Shown here piece by piece: positions 29,218 through 38,057 of a stretch of 64,000 nucleotides of DNA (the stretch's first letter is position 1; each line of letters opens with the position of its first letter). The position numbers and the translations under genes were made by a program. This DNA is from an uncultured delta proteobacterium (GTDB lineage Bacteria > Myxococcota_A > Polyangia > Polyangiales > Polyangiaceae): contig CAWJCS010000003.1 in assembly GCA_963841435.1 (NCBI GenBank), forward strand, positions 448,001 through 512,000. The letters run 5' to 3'. A model generated the notes under the pieces. It searched no databases and was not told the origin of the DNA. It saw only the letters and a list, made by a program, of their open reading frames with translations.

Positions 29218-30171
29218 ATGGCAGCGCACGTTCTGGCGTTCGAGCGCCCCGTCGTCGAGCTCGTCACGCGCGTGCGCGAGCTCCGAGCGCTCGCGGCGAC
29301 GGACGAGCGCTTCGCGCCCGAGCTCGAACGGCTCGAGGAGAAGGCGGCGGGCCTCGCGCGCAGGGTGTTCGCAAACCTCTCGCCGATGCAGAAGGTGCAG
29401 CTCTCGCGCCACCCTAATCGCCCCTACACCGCTGACTACGTGACGCGACTGTTCAAGGATTTCGTCGAGCTGCGGGGCGACCGCCGCTACTCGAACGATG
29501 CCTCGGTCCTCGCGGGGATCGGGCGCTTCCACGGCCGCAGCGTCGCCATCGTCGGTCACCAGAAGGGCCGCTCCACGAAGGAGAACGTGCAGAGAAACTT
29601 CGGGATGCCCCACCCCGAGGGCTACCGGAAGGCCATGCGGCTCTACCAGCTCGCGAATCGCTTCGATCTGCCGGTGCTCACCTTCATCGACACGCCGGGC
29701 GCATTTCCCGGCATCGGCGCCGAGGAGCGCGGCCAGAGCGAGGCCATCGCCGCCGCGATCGAGGTCATGGCTGGTCTCGGCGTCCCCGTGATCACCACGG
29801 TCATCGGCGAGGGAGGCTCGGGTGGCGCCCTGGCGCTCGGCGTCGGCAACCGCGTGCTCGTGCTCGAATTCGGCTACTACTCCGTGATCACCCCCGAGGG
29901 TTGCGCGGCCATCCTATGGAAGGGTGCCGAAAACGCGCCCGAAGCCGCGGCCCGCTTGCGGATCACCGCGCCCAATCTGCTCGAGCTCGGCATCGTCGAC
30001 GTCATCGTCGACGAGCCCCCGGGAGGCGCCCACCAGGATCACGACGCTGCCGCGCGCCTGCTCGACCAGGCGCTCTTCGGCCAGCTCTCGGCGCTGTCGC
30101 ATCTCGGTCCCGACGACCTACGCGACGACCGCTACCAGCGCTTCCGGCGCCTCGGCGCCTTCGTCGCCTGA
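29218..30171 (+). CDS. accA: Acetyl-CoA carboxylase carboxyltransferase alpha subunit
   Basis: RHPNRP, NFGMPHPEGYRKA, IDTPGA, GEGGSGGALA, VITPEGCA. Confidence 0.97.
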   Translation: MAAHVLAFERPVVELVTRVRELRALAATDERFAPELERLEEKAAGLARRVFANLSPMQKVQLSRHPNRPYTADYVTRLFKDFVELRGDRRYSNDASVLAGIGRFHGRSVAIVGHQKGRSTKENVQRNFGMPHPEGYRKAMRLYQLANRFDLPVLTFIDTPGAFPGIGAEERGQSEAIAAAIEVMAGLGVPVITTVIGEGGSGGALALGVGNRVLVLEFGYYSVITPEGCAAILWKGAENAPEAAARLRITAPNLLELGIVDVIVDEPPGGAHQDHDAAARLLDQALFGQLSALSHLGPDDLRDDRYQRFRRLGAFVA

Positions 30172-30173
30172 CG

Positions 30174-30635
30174 TCAGATCGAGTAGCGCGCGGGGAACGG
30201 CGTCTCGGGCTGGAGCGAGCGGCTGCGCTCGGCCATGTCGGCGAGCGTCGTCGCCTCGAGCGCGCCGAGGCTCGCGGCGTGCGCGTCCTTGAGCACGATG
30301 CGCACCGCGCAGGTCGCCTCGTCGCGACAACCTTCGCAGCGCCGATACGCCGTCCGGCTCAGGCACGGCACCGGAGCGATGGGCCCATCCACCACACGCA
30401 GCACGGCTGCCACGGTGATCGTCTCGGCGGGCCGCGCGAGCAAGTACCCGCCGCCTCGCCCCTTGCGGCTGCGCAGCATCCCGTGCTGCTTGAGCTCGGC
30501 GAGGATGGCCTCCAAAAACTTCTTGGGGATGTCTTCCCGCTCCGCAATGTCGGCGATCAAGAGCGGCTCCCCGGGCGGGGCCAAGGCCAAGCGGGCGAGT
30601 GCCTTGAGCGCGTACTTCGCCTTCATCGTGATCAA
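30174..30635 (-). CDS. Rrf2-family transcriptional regulator (CymR/IscR-like, Cys-containing)
   Basis: KAKYALKAL, IPKKFLEAIL, SRKGRGGGY, DGPIAPVPC..RCEGC..C. Confidence 0.92.
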   Translation of the reverse strand: MITMKAKYALKALARLALAPPGEPLLIADIAEREDIPKKFLEAILAELKQHGMLRSRKGRGGGYLLARPAETITVAAVLRVVDGPIAPVPCLSRTAYRRCEGCRDEATCAVRIVLKDAHAASLGALEATTLADMAERSRSLQPETPFPARYSI

Positions 30636-30826
30636 AGCTCCACGAGTCTAGCGAGGGCGGCGAGCGCAAGCGATACGGTAGCGGAGCCCGCGCCGACGAG
30701 CCCGGGAGTCCAGAGCGAGGAAATAACTGAAATTGTTGATGATTTTGGTGTCCCCGAGACACCGTGGGCCCCCAAGCCGCCTTACGAGCGTCCCGCACCC
30801 GCGCCCGAAAGGGACCGGGTCGCTCC

Positions 30827-32779
30827 TCAGAGGCCGTAGTCGCGCACGGGCCGGCGAGCCTTTCCCGCCGCGCGGCCAGCAGCATCGCGGGAGACGGCAC
30901 CTGACGAACGCTCGCCACGACGGACGGCTGGCCGCCGCGCGGGCTGCGCGCCATCGACGACCGGCTCCGCGCGGCTCGTTGCCGCGTCCAGCACATCGCG
31001 CCCCTGGAGGCTCGGGACGAGACGCCCCTGGGCGAGCAGCCTTTTGCCCGTGGGGCTGAGCACGAACCGCAACCAGGAGCGCGCGAGATCGCGAGGAGCC
31101 CCCACGGTGTAGGCGTAGAGGGGGCGAACCGCTCCGTAGCTTCCGTCTTGAACCGTCATCGCACTCGGGAGGACGGGCATGTCATGCGGGCCGCGCGCGA
31201 GCGGGACAATCTTCACGCCCGCTGCCGCAAAGCCGAGCCCAACGCTGCCCACGGCGAGCGGATCGTCCCTGACGCGAGCCACGACCTCCTCGAATCCCAA
31301 CGCTTCGCTTCCTTCGTCTTCCGAGCCGTCGCTCCACTGCAGGGGACGCACGGGACCGTGGCCGGCGCCGAGCGTCGACCAGTCATGCGTCGTCCGGTCG
31401 AAGAGCCCCGTCGCTTGCGCGACGGTTAGCGAGCGCAGAGGGTTCTTCTGATGGACGACGATCACGGCGGTGTCGAAGCCGAAGACGAGCTCGGTGAGCG
31501 TGACGCCGAGACGCCTCGCGACGTCGCGCTCTTCGGTCGTCAGCGGGCGCGTCGCCGTCGCAAGATCCGCAGAACCAGCCAGCATCATCGCGATGGCTTC
31601 GGTGGACGTCTGCGGGGCGAGTCGAAGCTCGGCGCCCGTTTCCGCTTCGAACCTACTACGCAGCTCACGGGACAGCGCTTCTAGGATCACGGGCGGACCG
31701 GCGAGCCGAAAGCCGGCTCGAGCTCGCGGCGCCCCGAAGCTCATGGGGTACGTGAGCGAAGCCGCCGTCGGGACACCACCGCGCATTGCCGGGCGGAACT
31801 TCAGCGAGCGCGCGGCGGTGAGCGCCGCATCTTCGTACGTCCGGAGCTCCGAGCGTGGTCGCGCGACGGTTGCTCGCGCCACGCTGCCGTCCGCGCCAAT
31901 GAAGAGCGTCAGCAAAATGGTGGGGATCAACCCCACGGGATCGTCGGGGAGGTTCGGGATCACGGCCTCCTTTAGCGACGGCGGGGAGTCGACTGGCTCT
32001 GGCCTGGCGAAAGGCGCCACGGCCGGCGCCCGCGGGACGCCGGCAACCGGGGGCCGGCGTCCCGACGATCCCTGCACGACGACACCGAGCAGGACTCCTG
32101 TGATGGCCGCCGAACCGAGGAGGAGGAAGGCCTGACTCGTCGACCAGCGCGTGGAACCGGGGGCCTGGCGGCGACTTCGAGTGCCGGGCACCCACGAGCG
32201 GTTCGAGCCCGTTGTGGAGGCGGGGGGCGCGCTCTTCGCGGGCGCCGCGCTCTTCGCGGGCGCCGCGCTCTTCGCGGGCGCCGCGCTCGGCGCCCGTGGC
32301 GGCGGCGTCTGTGATGGGGCGAAGGGGCCAACGAAGTCCGGCGGCGGGAGCGGCCTCGACGTCCTGGACGGTGGCGGCAACAGTGGGCCCGCTGGCGAGG
32401 GCAGCGTGCGCAACTTCAGCGTCGTCGGGGACTCCGGAGGCGCGGAGGAACGCGAGCGGGGTGGCGGCGGGGGAACGGAAGGACGTGGGGGTGGGACCGA
32501 AGAGGGACGGCGCTGTGAGGCCGGCACGACGGCCGCCGGGGTCCCTCCCGCATGGGCGATACGAGGAGACGCCCTGATCGAGCCGTCGGCACCGAGCAAC
32601 CCGCTGACGGCGGCCGTCCCGAGCAGCTTGCCGTAAACCGCATGCAATACCTCGCCGGCGTTCAGGTAAATCTTGCCGACGCCGTCGCTCGTCGTCACTT
32701 CGATCGCGCCGCTCGTTCGATTTTGCACGGCGAATTCGAGCAACTTCGAAAGAGTCGCCTCCGGGAGACAGATCAGCAT
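30827..32779 (-). CDS. Fusion protein: DUF4388/PATAN-like N-domain, Pro-rich linker, TM, TonB C-terminal domain, PstS-like periplasmic binding domain
   Basis: NRTSGAIEV..GKIYLNAGEVLHA; IGADGSV..AALTAARSLKFRPAMRGGVP; ADLATATRPL, VIVVHQKNPLRSLT, VQDGSY..VRPLYAY. Confidence 0.75.
   Translation of the reverse strand: MLICLPEATLSKLLEFAVQNRTSGAIEVTTSDGVGKIYLNAGEVLHAVYGKLLGTAAVSGLLGADGSIRASPRIAHAGGTPAAVVPASQRRPSSVPPPRPSVPPPPPRSRSSAPPESPTTLKLRTLPSPAGPLLPPPSRTSRPLPPPDFVGPFAPSQTPPPRAPSAAPAKSAAPAKSAAPAKSAPPASTTGSNRSWVPGTRSRRQAPGSTRWSTSQAFLLLGSAAITGVLLGVVVQGSSGRRPPVAGVPRAPAVAPFARPEPVDSPPSLKEAVIPNLPDDPVGLIPTILLTLFIGADGSVARATVARPRSELRTYEDAALTAARSLKFRPAMRGGVPTAASLTYPMSFGAPRARAGFRLAGPPVILEALSRELRSRFEAETGAELRLAPQTSTEAIAMMLAGSADLATATRPLTTEERDVARRLGVTLTELVFGFDTAVIVVHQKNPLRSLTVAQATGLFDRTTHDWSTLGAGHGPVRPLQWSDGSEDEGSEALGFEEVVARVRDDPLAVGSVGLGFAAAGVKIVPLARGPHDMPVLPSAMTVQDGSYGAVRPLYAYTVGAPRDLARSWLRFVLSPTGKRLLAQGRLVPSLQGRDVLDAATSRAEPVVDGAQPARRPAVRRGERSSGAVSRDAAGRAAGKARRPVRDYGL
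32227..32288. repeat. 18-bp coding tandem repeat x3 (SAAPAK)
   Basis: CGCGCTCTTCGCGGGCGC repeated three times. Confidence 0.8.
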
Positions 32780-32868
32780 GGCGTCGGGGCGGAGCACTGT
32801 GCCGACTCTGGATTGCCTTGGCGTGCCTCTCGCATGACGGTGGAGTGAGAACGCCGAGAGCAGTTATC

Positions 32869-32899
32869 CGGTCATCGACTAGTTGCCGAACGGTCACGA
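32869..32899 (+). promoter_or_regulatory. Pho-box-like 11-bp periodic repeat in a divergent promoter region
   Basis: CGGTCAT at 32869 and CGGTCAC at 32891 (22 bp apart) with a degenerate middle unit. Confidence 0.3.
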
Positions 32900-32939
32900 T
32901 TTTCGCGCAACCGTTCGTGCGATGTGTGTCGCAAAAGCG

Positions 32940-33476
32940 ATGCGAAGCTGGAACTCGTCCGCCTGGGGCACGGCCGTGGCCTGCGCGCTGGCGTTACTCG
33001 CGTGCATGGACAGCGGGCCCGCCGTGGCGGAACATTTCGATCCTGCGCGCTTCCAGGGGCACTGGTACGAAATCGCGCGCATCCCCCGCGATTACGACGC
33101 GCGGTGCGAAGACACGACCGCCGACTACCGCCTTGTCGAATCCGGGTCGCTCGAGCTCGTGCACCGGTGCCGCCTCGGGTCGAAAAGCGGCTCCGTGTCG
33201 GAGCTTCGCGCCACCCTCGATTCTGACGACCCGGATGCCGAGGCGAAGCTCACGATAGAGCTCGGCCTGTATCGCGGCGCCTACTGGGTACTGGACGTCG
33301 GCAACGACTACGAATACGCGGTGATCGGCCATCCCTCTCGGGCCATGGCGTGGATCCTCGCCCGCACACCCGAGATGGAGGACGACAGCTATGCTCGTGC
33401 GCTCGATCTGCTCACCCGGCAGGGGTTTGCCACGCAACAGCTCAGGCTCACGCCCCAGTCGGACACACCGCACTGA
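32940..33476 (+). CDS. blc: Bacterial lipocalin lipoprotein
   Basis: Lipobox LLAC; FDPARFQGHWYEIAR, YWVL, YEYAVIG, WILAR. Confidence 0.88.
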   Translation: MRSWNSSAWGTAVACALALLACMDSGPAVAEHFDPARFQGHWYEIARIPRDYDARCEDTTADYRLVESGSLELVHRCRLGSKSGSVSELRATLDSDDPDAEAKLTIELGLYRGAYWVLDVGNDYEYAVIGHPSRAMAWILARTPEMEDDSYARALDLLTRQGFATQQLRLTPQSDTPH

Positions 33477-33485
33477 GCGCACGGC

Positions 33486-34601
33486 ATGACCCCGCGACCG
33501 CGTCGTTGGATCCGCCTGGCGAAATGCGCAACCGCCGGCGCGCTCGTCGCTCTCGTCGTTACCGCGCCGGCATTCGCTCGGGACGGGACACCGGAACAGC
33601 CTGCAAATACGGATGATCCACCGCTCGCCGCCGTGCGGGCGGACGAGGCAAAGCGCCTATTTTCGGAAGCCGCGGTGCTCTACGACGCCGGACAGATCCC
33701 TCTAGCGTGCAAGAAATTCGAAACGAGTGAAAGGCTTCACTCCGGCCTCGGTACCAAGTTTCGCCTGGCGGACTGTTGGGAGCGCATCGGACGGATCGCA
33801 AGCGCGCGGGCCGGATTCATCGAGGTCGCCAACGGGGCGCAGCGGCTCGGGCAACCGGAGCGGGAACGCGCCGCACGGGAACGCGCCGAGCAACTCACGC
33901 CGCGTCTTTCGTACCTCGTCGTCCAAAGCGAGCCGTCGGAAGGGCTCGAGGTCCGAAGGGAGGGAACGCTCGTCGAGGACGTCGATCTCGGCAGAGCCCT
34001 GCCGGTCGACCCCGGTTCGTACGAGATCACACTCAAGCGGCAAGGCGCGACGATCTGGTCAACCACGGCTCGTGTCCACGAGGCAGAGCGGACGGTCGTG
34101 ATAGCTCCGCTGCCCGCGACGACCGGTGCACCGGTCGCTGCGTCGGAGCCGGTCGCCGCGGTGGCGCCCGCCGAACGTCCACGAGCGCAGCCAGCGGTCG
34201 AGCCGACCGCGACGGAGTCCGAGCGACCGGGACCCTTGCGACGCGGGGTGACGTTGGCCCTGGCGGGAACCGGCGTCGGTGCCTTGCTCGCCGGGACCGC
34301 GCTCATCGCCCATTCCGTGAGCAGCACCCGCGACGCGGACGCCCCTTGTCTTTCGGGTCCGGTCTGCAGCCCCTCGGAGGCGGCGCAACGCGCGGAGCTT
34401 CGAGATGACGCTCATCGGGAGCGGCTGCTCGGCATCGTGGGCGTCTCGGTCGGCGCGGTCGCCGTGCTGTCGGCAACGTACCTCTACGCAACCGCACCGC
34501 ATGGTGGCGACCAGGAAGCGGCGGCGAGAGGTCCCGCGGTGGATTTCACTGCTTCCGTAGGTCCGAATCGTTGCGTGGCCAGCGTTCGCGGCAAATTCTG
34601 A
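33486..34601 (+). CDS. Exported TPR + PEGA-like protein with C-terminal hydrophobic hairpin
   Basis: ACKKFETS..GTKFRLADCWERIGR.ASA, LPVDPG; myxobacterial family; paralog of 38058..39191. Confidence 0.75.
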   Translation: MTPRPRRWIRLAKCATAGALVALVVTAPAFARDGTPEQPANTDDPPLAAVRADEAKRLFSEAAVLYDAGQIPLACKKFETSERLHSGLGTKFRLADCWERIGRIASARAGFIEVANGAQRLGQPERERAARERAEQLTPRLSYLVVQSEPSEGLEVRREGTLVEDVDLGRALPVDPGSYEITLKRQGATIWSTTARVHEAERTVVIAPLPATTGAPVAASEPVAAVAPAERPRAQPAVEPTATESERPGPLRRGVTLALAGTGVGALLAGTALIAHSVSSTRDADAPCLSGPVCSPSEAAQRAELRDDAHRERLLGIVGVSVGAVAVLSATYLYATAPHGGDQEAAARGPAVDFTASVGPNRCVASVRGKF

Positions 34602-34645
34602 CGCCACCGCCCTCGTACCCCGTGATGTCGGCACCGCGTGCTGGT

Positions 34646-34743
34646 TTCCGAAAAGCGGAATCGCTGCGTGGCGCTGCCGTCATGAATTCCGATCGAGAGC
34701 GTGACGTCTCGATCCCGGCAAGCGGGTGCTCCGATTTTCGGAA
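34646..34743. promoter_or_regulatory. Palindromic sites TTCCG-N5-CGGAA (34646; variants at 34713 and 34729)
   Basis: TTCCGaaaagCGGAA, TCCCGgcaagCGGGT, CTCCGattttCGGAA. Confidence 0.6.
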
Positions 34744-35011
34744 AGGAGCAGAACCCGGGCGCGATGAAACCGCACGTGCACCGCAGCCGAGACGACACCG
34801 CTCGGACGCGACACAAGATGCCGAATCGTCACACCGGACGGGCGATCGAGGCTGTAAAAAGCGGCTGGCGTCCGCGTCATCTCTTCCGCCCTAGCGGCGC
34901 CCTCGGTCGATGCAGGCCTCATTGCACGCCTCCCAGAACGACCCCACGCGGGGGTGCGACGCATCACGCCCGGGGCCCTTCGACATCGACATCCATGCCA
35001 AGCGGGTACCG

Positions 35012-36043
35012 ATGCAAGGTTCGTCGCCCCATTCATCAGAGGATGCCCTTCTCGATGGCAACGAAGCGCCTGGCGGTTCGTCGATCGAGCGATTCGCCTC
35101 GGGGGGGTCGGGGCCGGGTCGCTCGGTGGGTCAACTCACAACGGAGTCGACCGCGATGCGCCAGCTTTTCGTCGAGCTCGAGCGCCTAGCAGCGACCACG
35201 ACCACCGTCACTTTGGTCGGAGAAACAGGCACGGGCAAGGAGGCGCTGGCTCGCGCGACCCACGCAGTTGGCCCACGAGCGGGGGAGGCGTTCGTCAAGT
35301 TCGACTGCTCGGGCATTTCGCCCTGCGTCGTCGCGCGGGAGCTTTTCGGAGAGGAACCGCCAGCGTCGATGGACGCCCCGACGAGGGAGCCCGGTGCCCT
35401 CGAGCGAGCTGCGGCAGGAACGCTCTATTTGGAGTGCATCGCCGAGCTGTCGCTCGAAGTGCAGGGTCTACTCGCGGCCGAGTTCCAGCGGCGGGCGGCC
35501 CGCCACGCGGCCGGAAGCATCGTGCCGTCTTTTCACGCTCGCGTCATCGCTTCAACGCATCGCGACCTGAAGTCACTCGTATCGCTAAATCTGTTTCGAG
35601 AGGACCTGTACGTTCACCTGTTGGGCGCTGTCGTCAACGTGCCGCCCCTTCGCGCCCGGCTCGACGACCTCCCCCTAGTCGTTCCACAACTGCTCGCGTT
35701 GCTCGGCCGGAGCGACCTCACGCTGGAGCCGCACGCGTACGAAGCGCTGCGCGCCGAGGGCTGGCGTGGCAACTTTCGCCAGCTCGAAAAAACTCTCACA
35801 ATTGCGCTCTATCGCTCCGAAGGAGGCGCACTCGACGCCGAAGCGCTGCGCGCCGCAATGAGCGAGGCACAGGACGCCGAGCTCGACACGCTACCGCTGG
35901 GCGGCCAGCCTCTTGCTCGAATCGAGCGCGCCGCCATCCGGCAGACGCTGGCGCAGAGTGGTGGCATGAAGAGTCGTGCGGCGCAGACGCTCGGCATTGC
36001 ACTCTCGACGCTCTACGACAAGCTCAAGAAGTACGATCTTTGA
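35012..36043 (+). CDS. Degenerate sigma-54-type AAA+ regulator with Fis HTH and no input domain
   Basis: GETGTGKE, FREDLY, WRGNFRQL, AAQTLGIALSTLYDKL; GAFTGA replaced by PASMDA; Walker B reads LYLEC. Confidence 0.85.
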   Translation: MQGSSPHSSEDALLDGNEAPGGSSIERFASGGSGPGRSVGQLTTESTAMRQLFVELERLAATTTTVTLVGETGTGKEALARATHAVGPRAGEAFVKFDCSGISPCVVARELFGEEPPASMDAPTREPGALERAAAGTLYLECIAELSLEVQGLLAAEFQRRAARHAAGSIVPSFHARVIASTHRDLKSLVSLNLFREDLYVHLLGAVVNVPPLRARLDDLPLVVPQLLALLGRSDLTLEPHAYEALRAEGWRGNFRQLEKTLTIALYRSEGGALDAEALRAAMSEAQDAELDTLPLGGQPLARIERAAIRQTLAQSGGMKSRAAQTLGIALSTLYDKLKKYDL

Positions 36044-36103
36044 GCGGTGCAAACAGCGTTTTTCGAGAGCTTTTCCGGGCGAGACGCGACGAGTCGTCCA
36101 GCG

Positions 36104-37328
36104 ATGCAGGCCGTTCCCATCAAGCGCTGCCTACCGTCCGTCTCGATCCTGTGGGGCATCGCGTTCGGGCTCCTGACGTTGCTGTGCGCCCCACATGCGC
36201 ACGCGTACACGTGGATGATCCGGCACGGCTACGCGACCTGCACGCCGTGCCACCTGGACCCGTCGGGCGGCAGCGTCCTCACGCAATACGGCCGTACCGT
36301 GGGAGGCCTGCTTCTCACGACCGACTACGTCAACCGGAACGCCGAGGAGAGCGAACCCTCCGCCATCCACGACTTCGCGTTCGGCGTGATCCCTCTGCCC
36401 GAACAGCTGATGCTCGGCGGTGATACTCGACTGCTCTACTATTCGAACAAGCTCCAGGGCGTGACGCCGAGGAACGAATTTTTGCTGATGCAGGCCGACA
36501 TGACGGCCGGCGTGTCCTGGAACAACGTTCTGGCCGGCGCGAGCCTCGGATACGCGGCTCAGGGGGCCTTTGCCGCGTCGCTCACGCGCGGCGACGATCA
36601 CAATCTGGTTTCGAGACACCACTGGATCGGCTACCAAATCAGCGAATCTCAGGGGCTCGTGTTGCGCGCGGGGCGCATGAACCTGCCCTTCGGGATCCGC
36701 GACGTGGCGCACACGCTTTTCGTCCGCGAGAACACGGCAACGCGCATCGACAGCGACCAGCAGCATGGCGTCGCCGCGAGCTGGTCTCCCGGATGGTGTC
36801 ACGCGGAGCTCATGGCCATTGTCGGCAACTTCCAGCTACGGCCCGACGAGTACCGGGAACGCGGGTACAGCGGCGTCTTCGAGTGGTTTCCGACGAGCCG
36901 GCTCGGCATCGGCGCGAGCTCCCTCGTCACTCATCGCGGCCTCGACGATCTCTTCCTCAAGGAGGCGTGGCGCCAGGCCCATGGCATTTTCGCCCGCTGG
37001 GCCACGGGGTGGGAGCCGCTCGTGGTGATGGGAGAAGCGGACTACGTGCTCCGCTCCGCCAAGCAAGAGTTCCGCCGCCGGGGATTCGCGGGGTATCTCC
37101 AAGCAGATCTCGAGCCGCTGCAGGGTCTTCACGTCGTCTTGACCGGCGAAGCGGAGAACGTCGGCGTGCGCGGTACCCCGCTCTCCTTCGGCGCTTGGCT
37201 CTCGGAGATCTCGGTTCCTCGCCCCACACGCCGACGTCCGAGTTGACAATGTCTACCAGCGCTTCGCGGATGAATTCGGCACCCTGGACTCCTTGACGCT
37301 GCTTCTCCAGGCCCACCTCTATCTCTAG
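36104..37328 (+). CDS. Outer-membrane beta-barrel with N-terminal CxxCH (Cyc2-like cytochrome-porin architecture); frameshift near 37212
   Basis: Signal peptide (AHA), YTWMIRHGYATCTPCHLDPSGG..LTQYGR; barrel pattern; +1 frame continues FLAPHADVRVD..LLLQAHLYL* to 37328. Confidence 0.7.
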
Positions 37329-37336
37329 AACCAACC

Positions 37337-38032
37337 ATGCGCCGTCCAACCGAGCAAACGTCGCCCTCTGGCGCTCCGGGCGAAGCGCTGCCCTGGGCCG
37401 TGCAAACAGGCCGCGGCTCGTGCCGTCGAGCCACCGGCGCATGCGCCGCTGTCGTCGCGCTCGGCGCTTGGCTCGTGGCGGGCCCCGCCGTGGCGTCCCC
37501 GACCTTCCCGGCCGTCGTCGAAGGGTATTGGCACGTGAGCAGCCTGCCCGTACCGGGCCAAGGCTGTCGTCTGTGTCATTCGACCGATGCCGGGGTCACC
37601 GTCACGCAGCCCTTCGGCAAGACGGTCCGCGCCCTCGGCGCGCGCGACAAGGACAATGCTTCGCTGCGATCCGCACTCGATAGGGTGCGCGTGAACGGCT
37701 ACGACAGCGACGGCGACGGCATCGCCGACTATCAGGAGCTTGCGATCGACGAGACGAACCCCAGCGATCCACACTCTTTCGTCGCGCCACCCGTCATGAT
37801 CGGTGAAGGCGGGGCTGGAGGCGCAGGCGAAGGAGGCTTCGGGGGCGAGGCTCCCCGGCCCCCCGCGCCACCAACCCCACCCCCATTGCCGCCGCTGCTC
37901 GAGCATGGTTGCTCGTTCGGAGCCGCGGGCAAAATGGACACCGGCGTCGAGCTTGTTCTCGCCTTTTTGTTCTTACCTGCGCTCCTCCGCGCGCGCCGCG
38001 AAGCACGGCGCGACCCACGCCCTCGAGGGTGA
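37337..38032 (+). CDS. Exported monoheme (CRLCH) protein with TSP3-like Ca-binding repeat and MYXO-CTERM-like tail
   Basis: Signal peptide, CRLCH, DSDGDGIADYQEL, Gly/Pro linker, GCS + hydrophobic helix + RARR. Confidence 0.7.
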   Translation: MRRPTEQTSPSGAPGEALPWAVQTGRGSCRRATGACAAVVALGAWLVAGPAVASPTFPAVVEGYWHVSSLPVPGQGCRLCHSTDAGVTVTQPFGKTVRALGARDKDNASLRSALDRVRVNGYDSDGDGIADYQELAIDETNPSDPHSFVAPPVMIGEGGAGGAGEGGFGGEAPRPPAPPTPPPLPPLLEHGCSFGAAGKMDTGVELVLAFLFLPALLRARREARRDPRPRG

Positions 38033-38057
38033 CGGCCGGGGCGTTTTTCGCCGCGAC

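Noticed and set aside
30640-30830. Insertion boundary or att site for the island
   Set aside because: No tRNA, integrase, transposase or flanking direct repeat is visible; mobility is not supported
32819-32834. Sigma-54 promoter-like TGGCGT-N5-TCGC upstream of the lipocalin
   Set aside because: Only GG-N10-GC matches well, which is common by chance in GC-rich DNA; a similar weak case at ~15138 lacks the -12 GC
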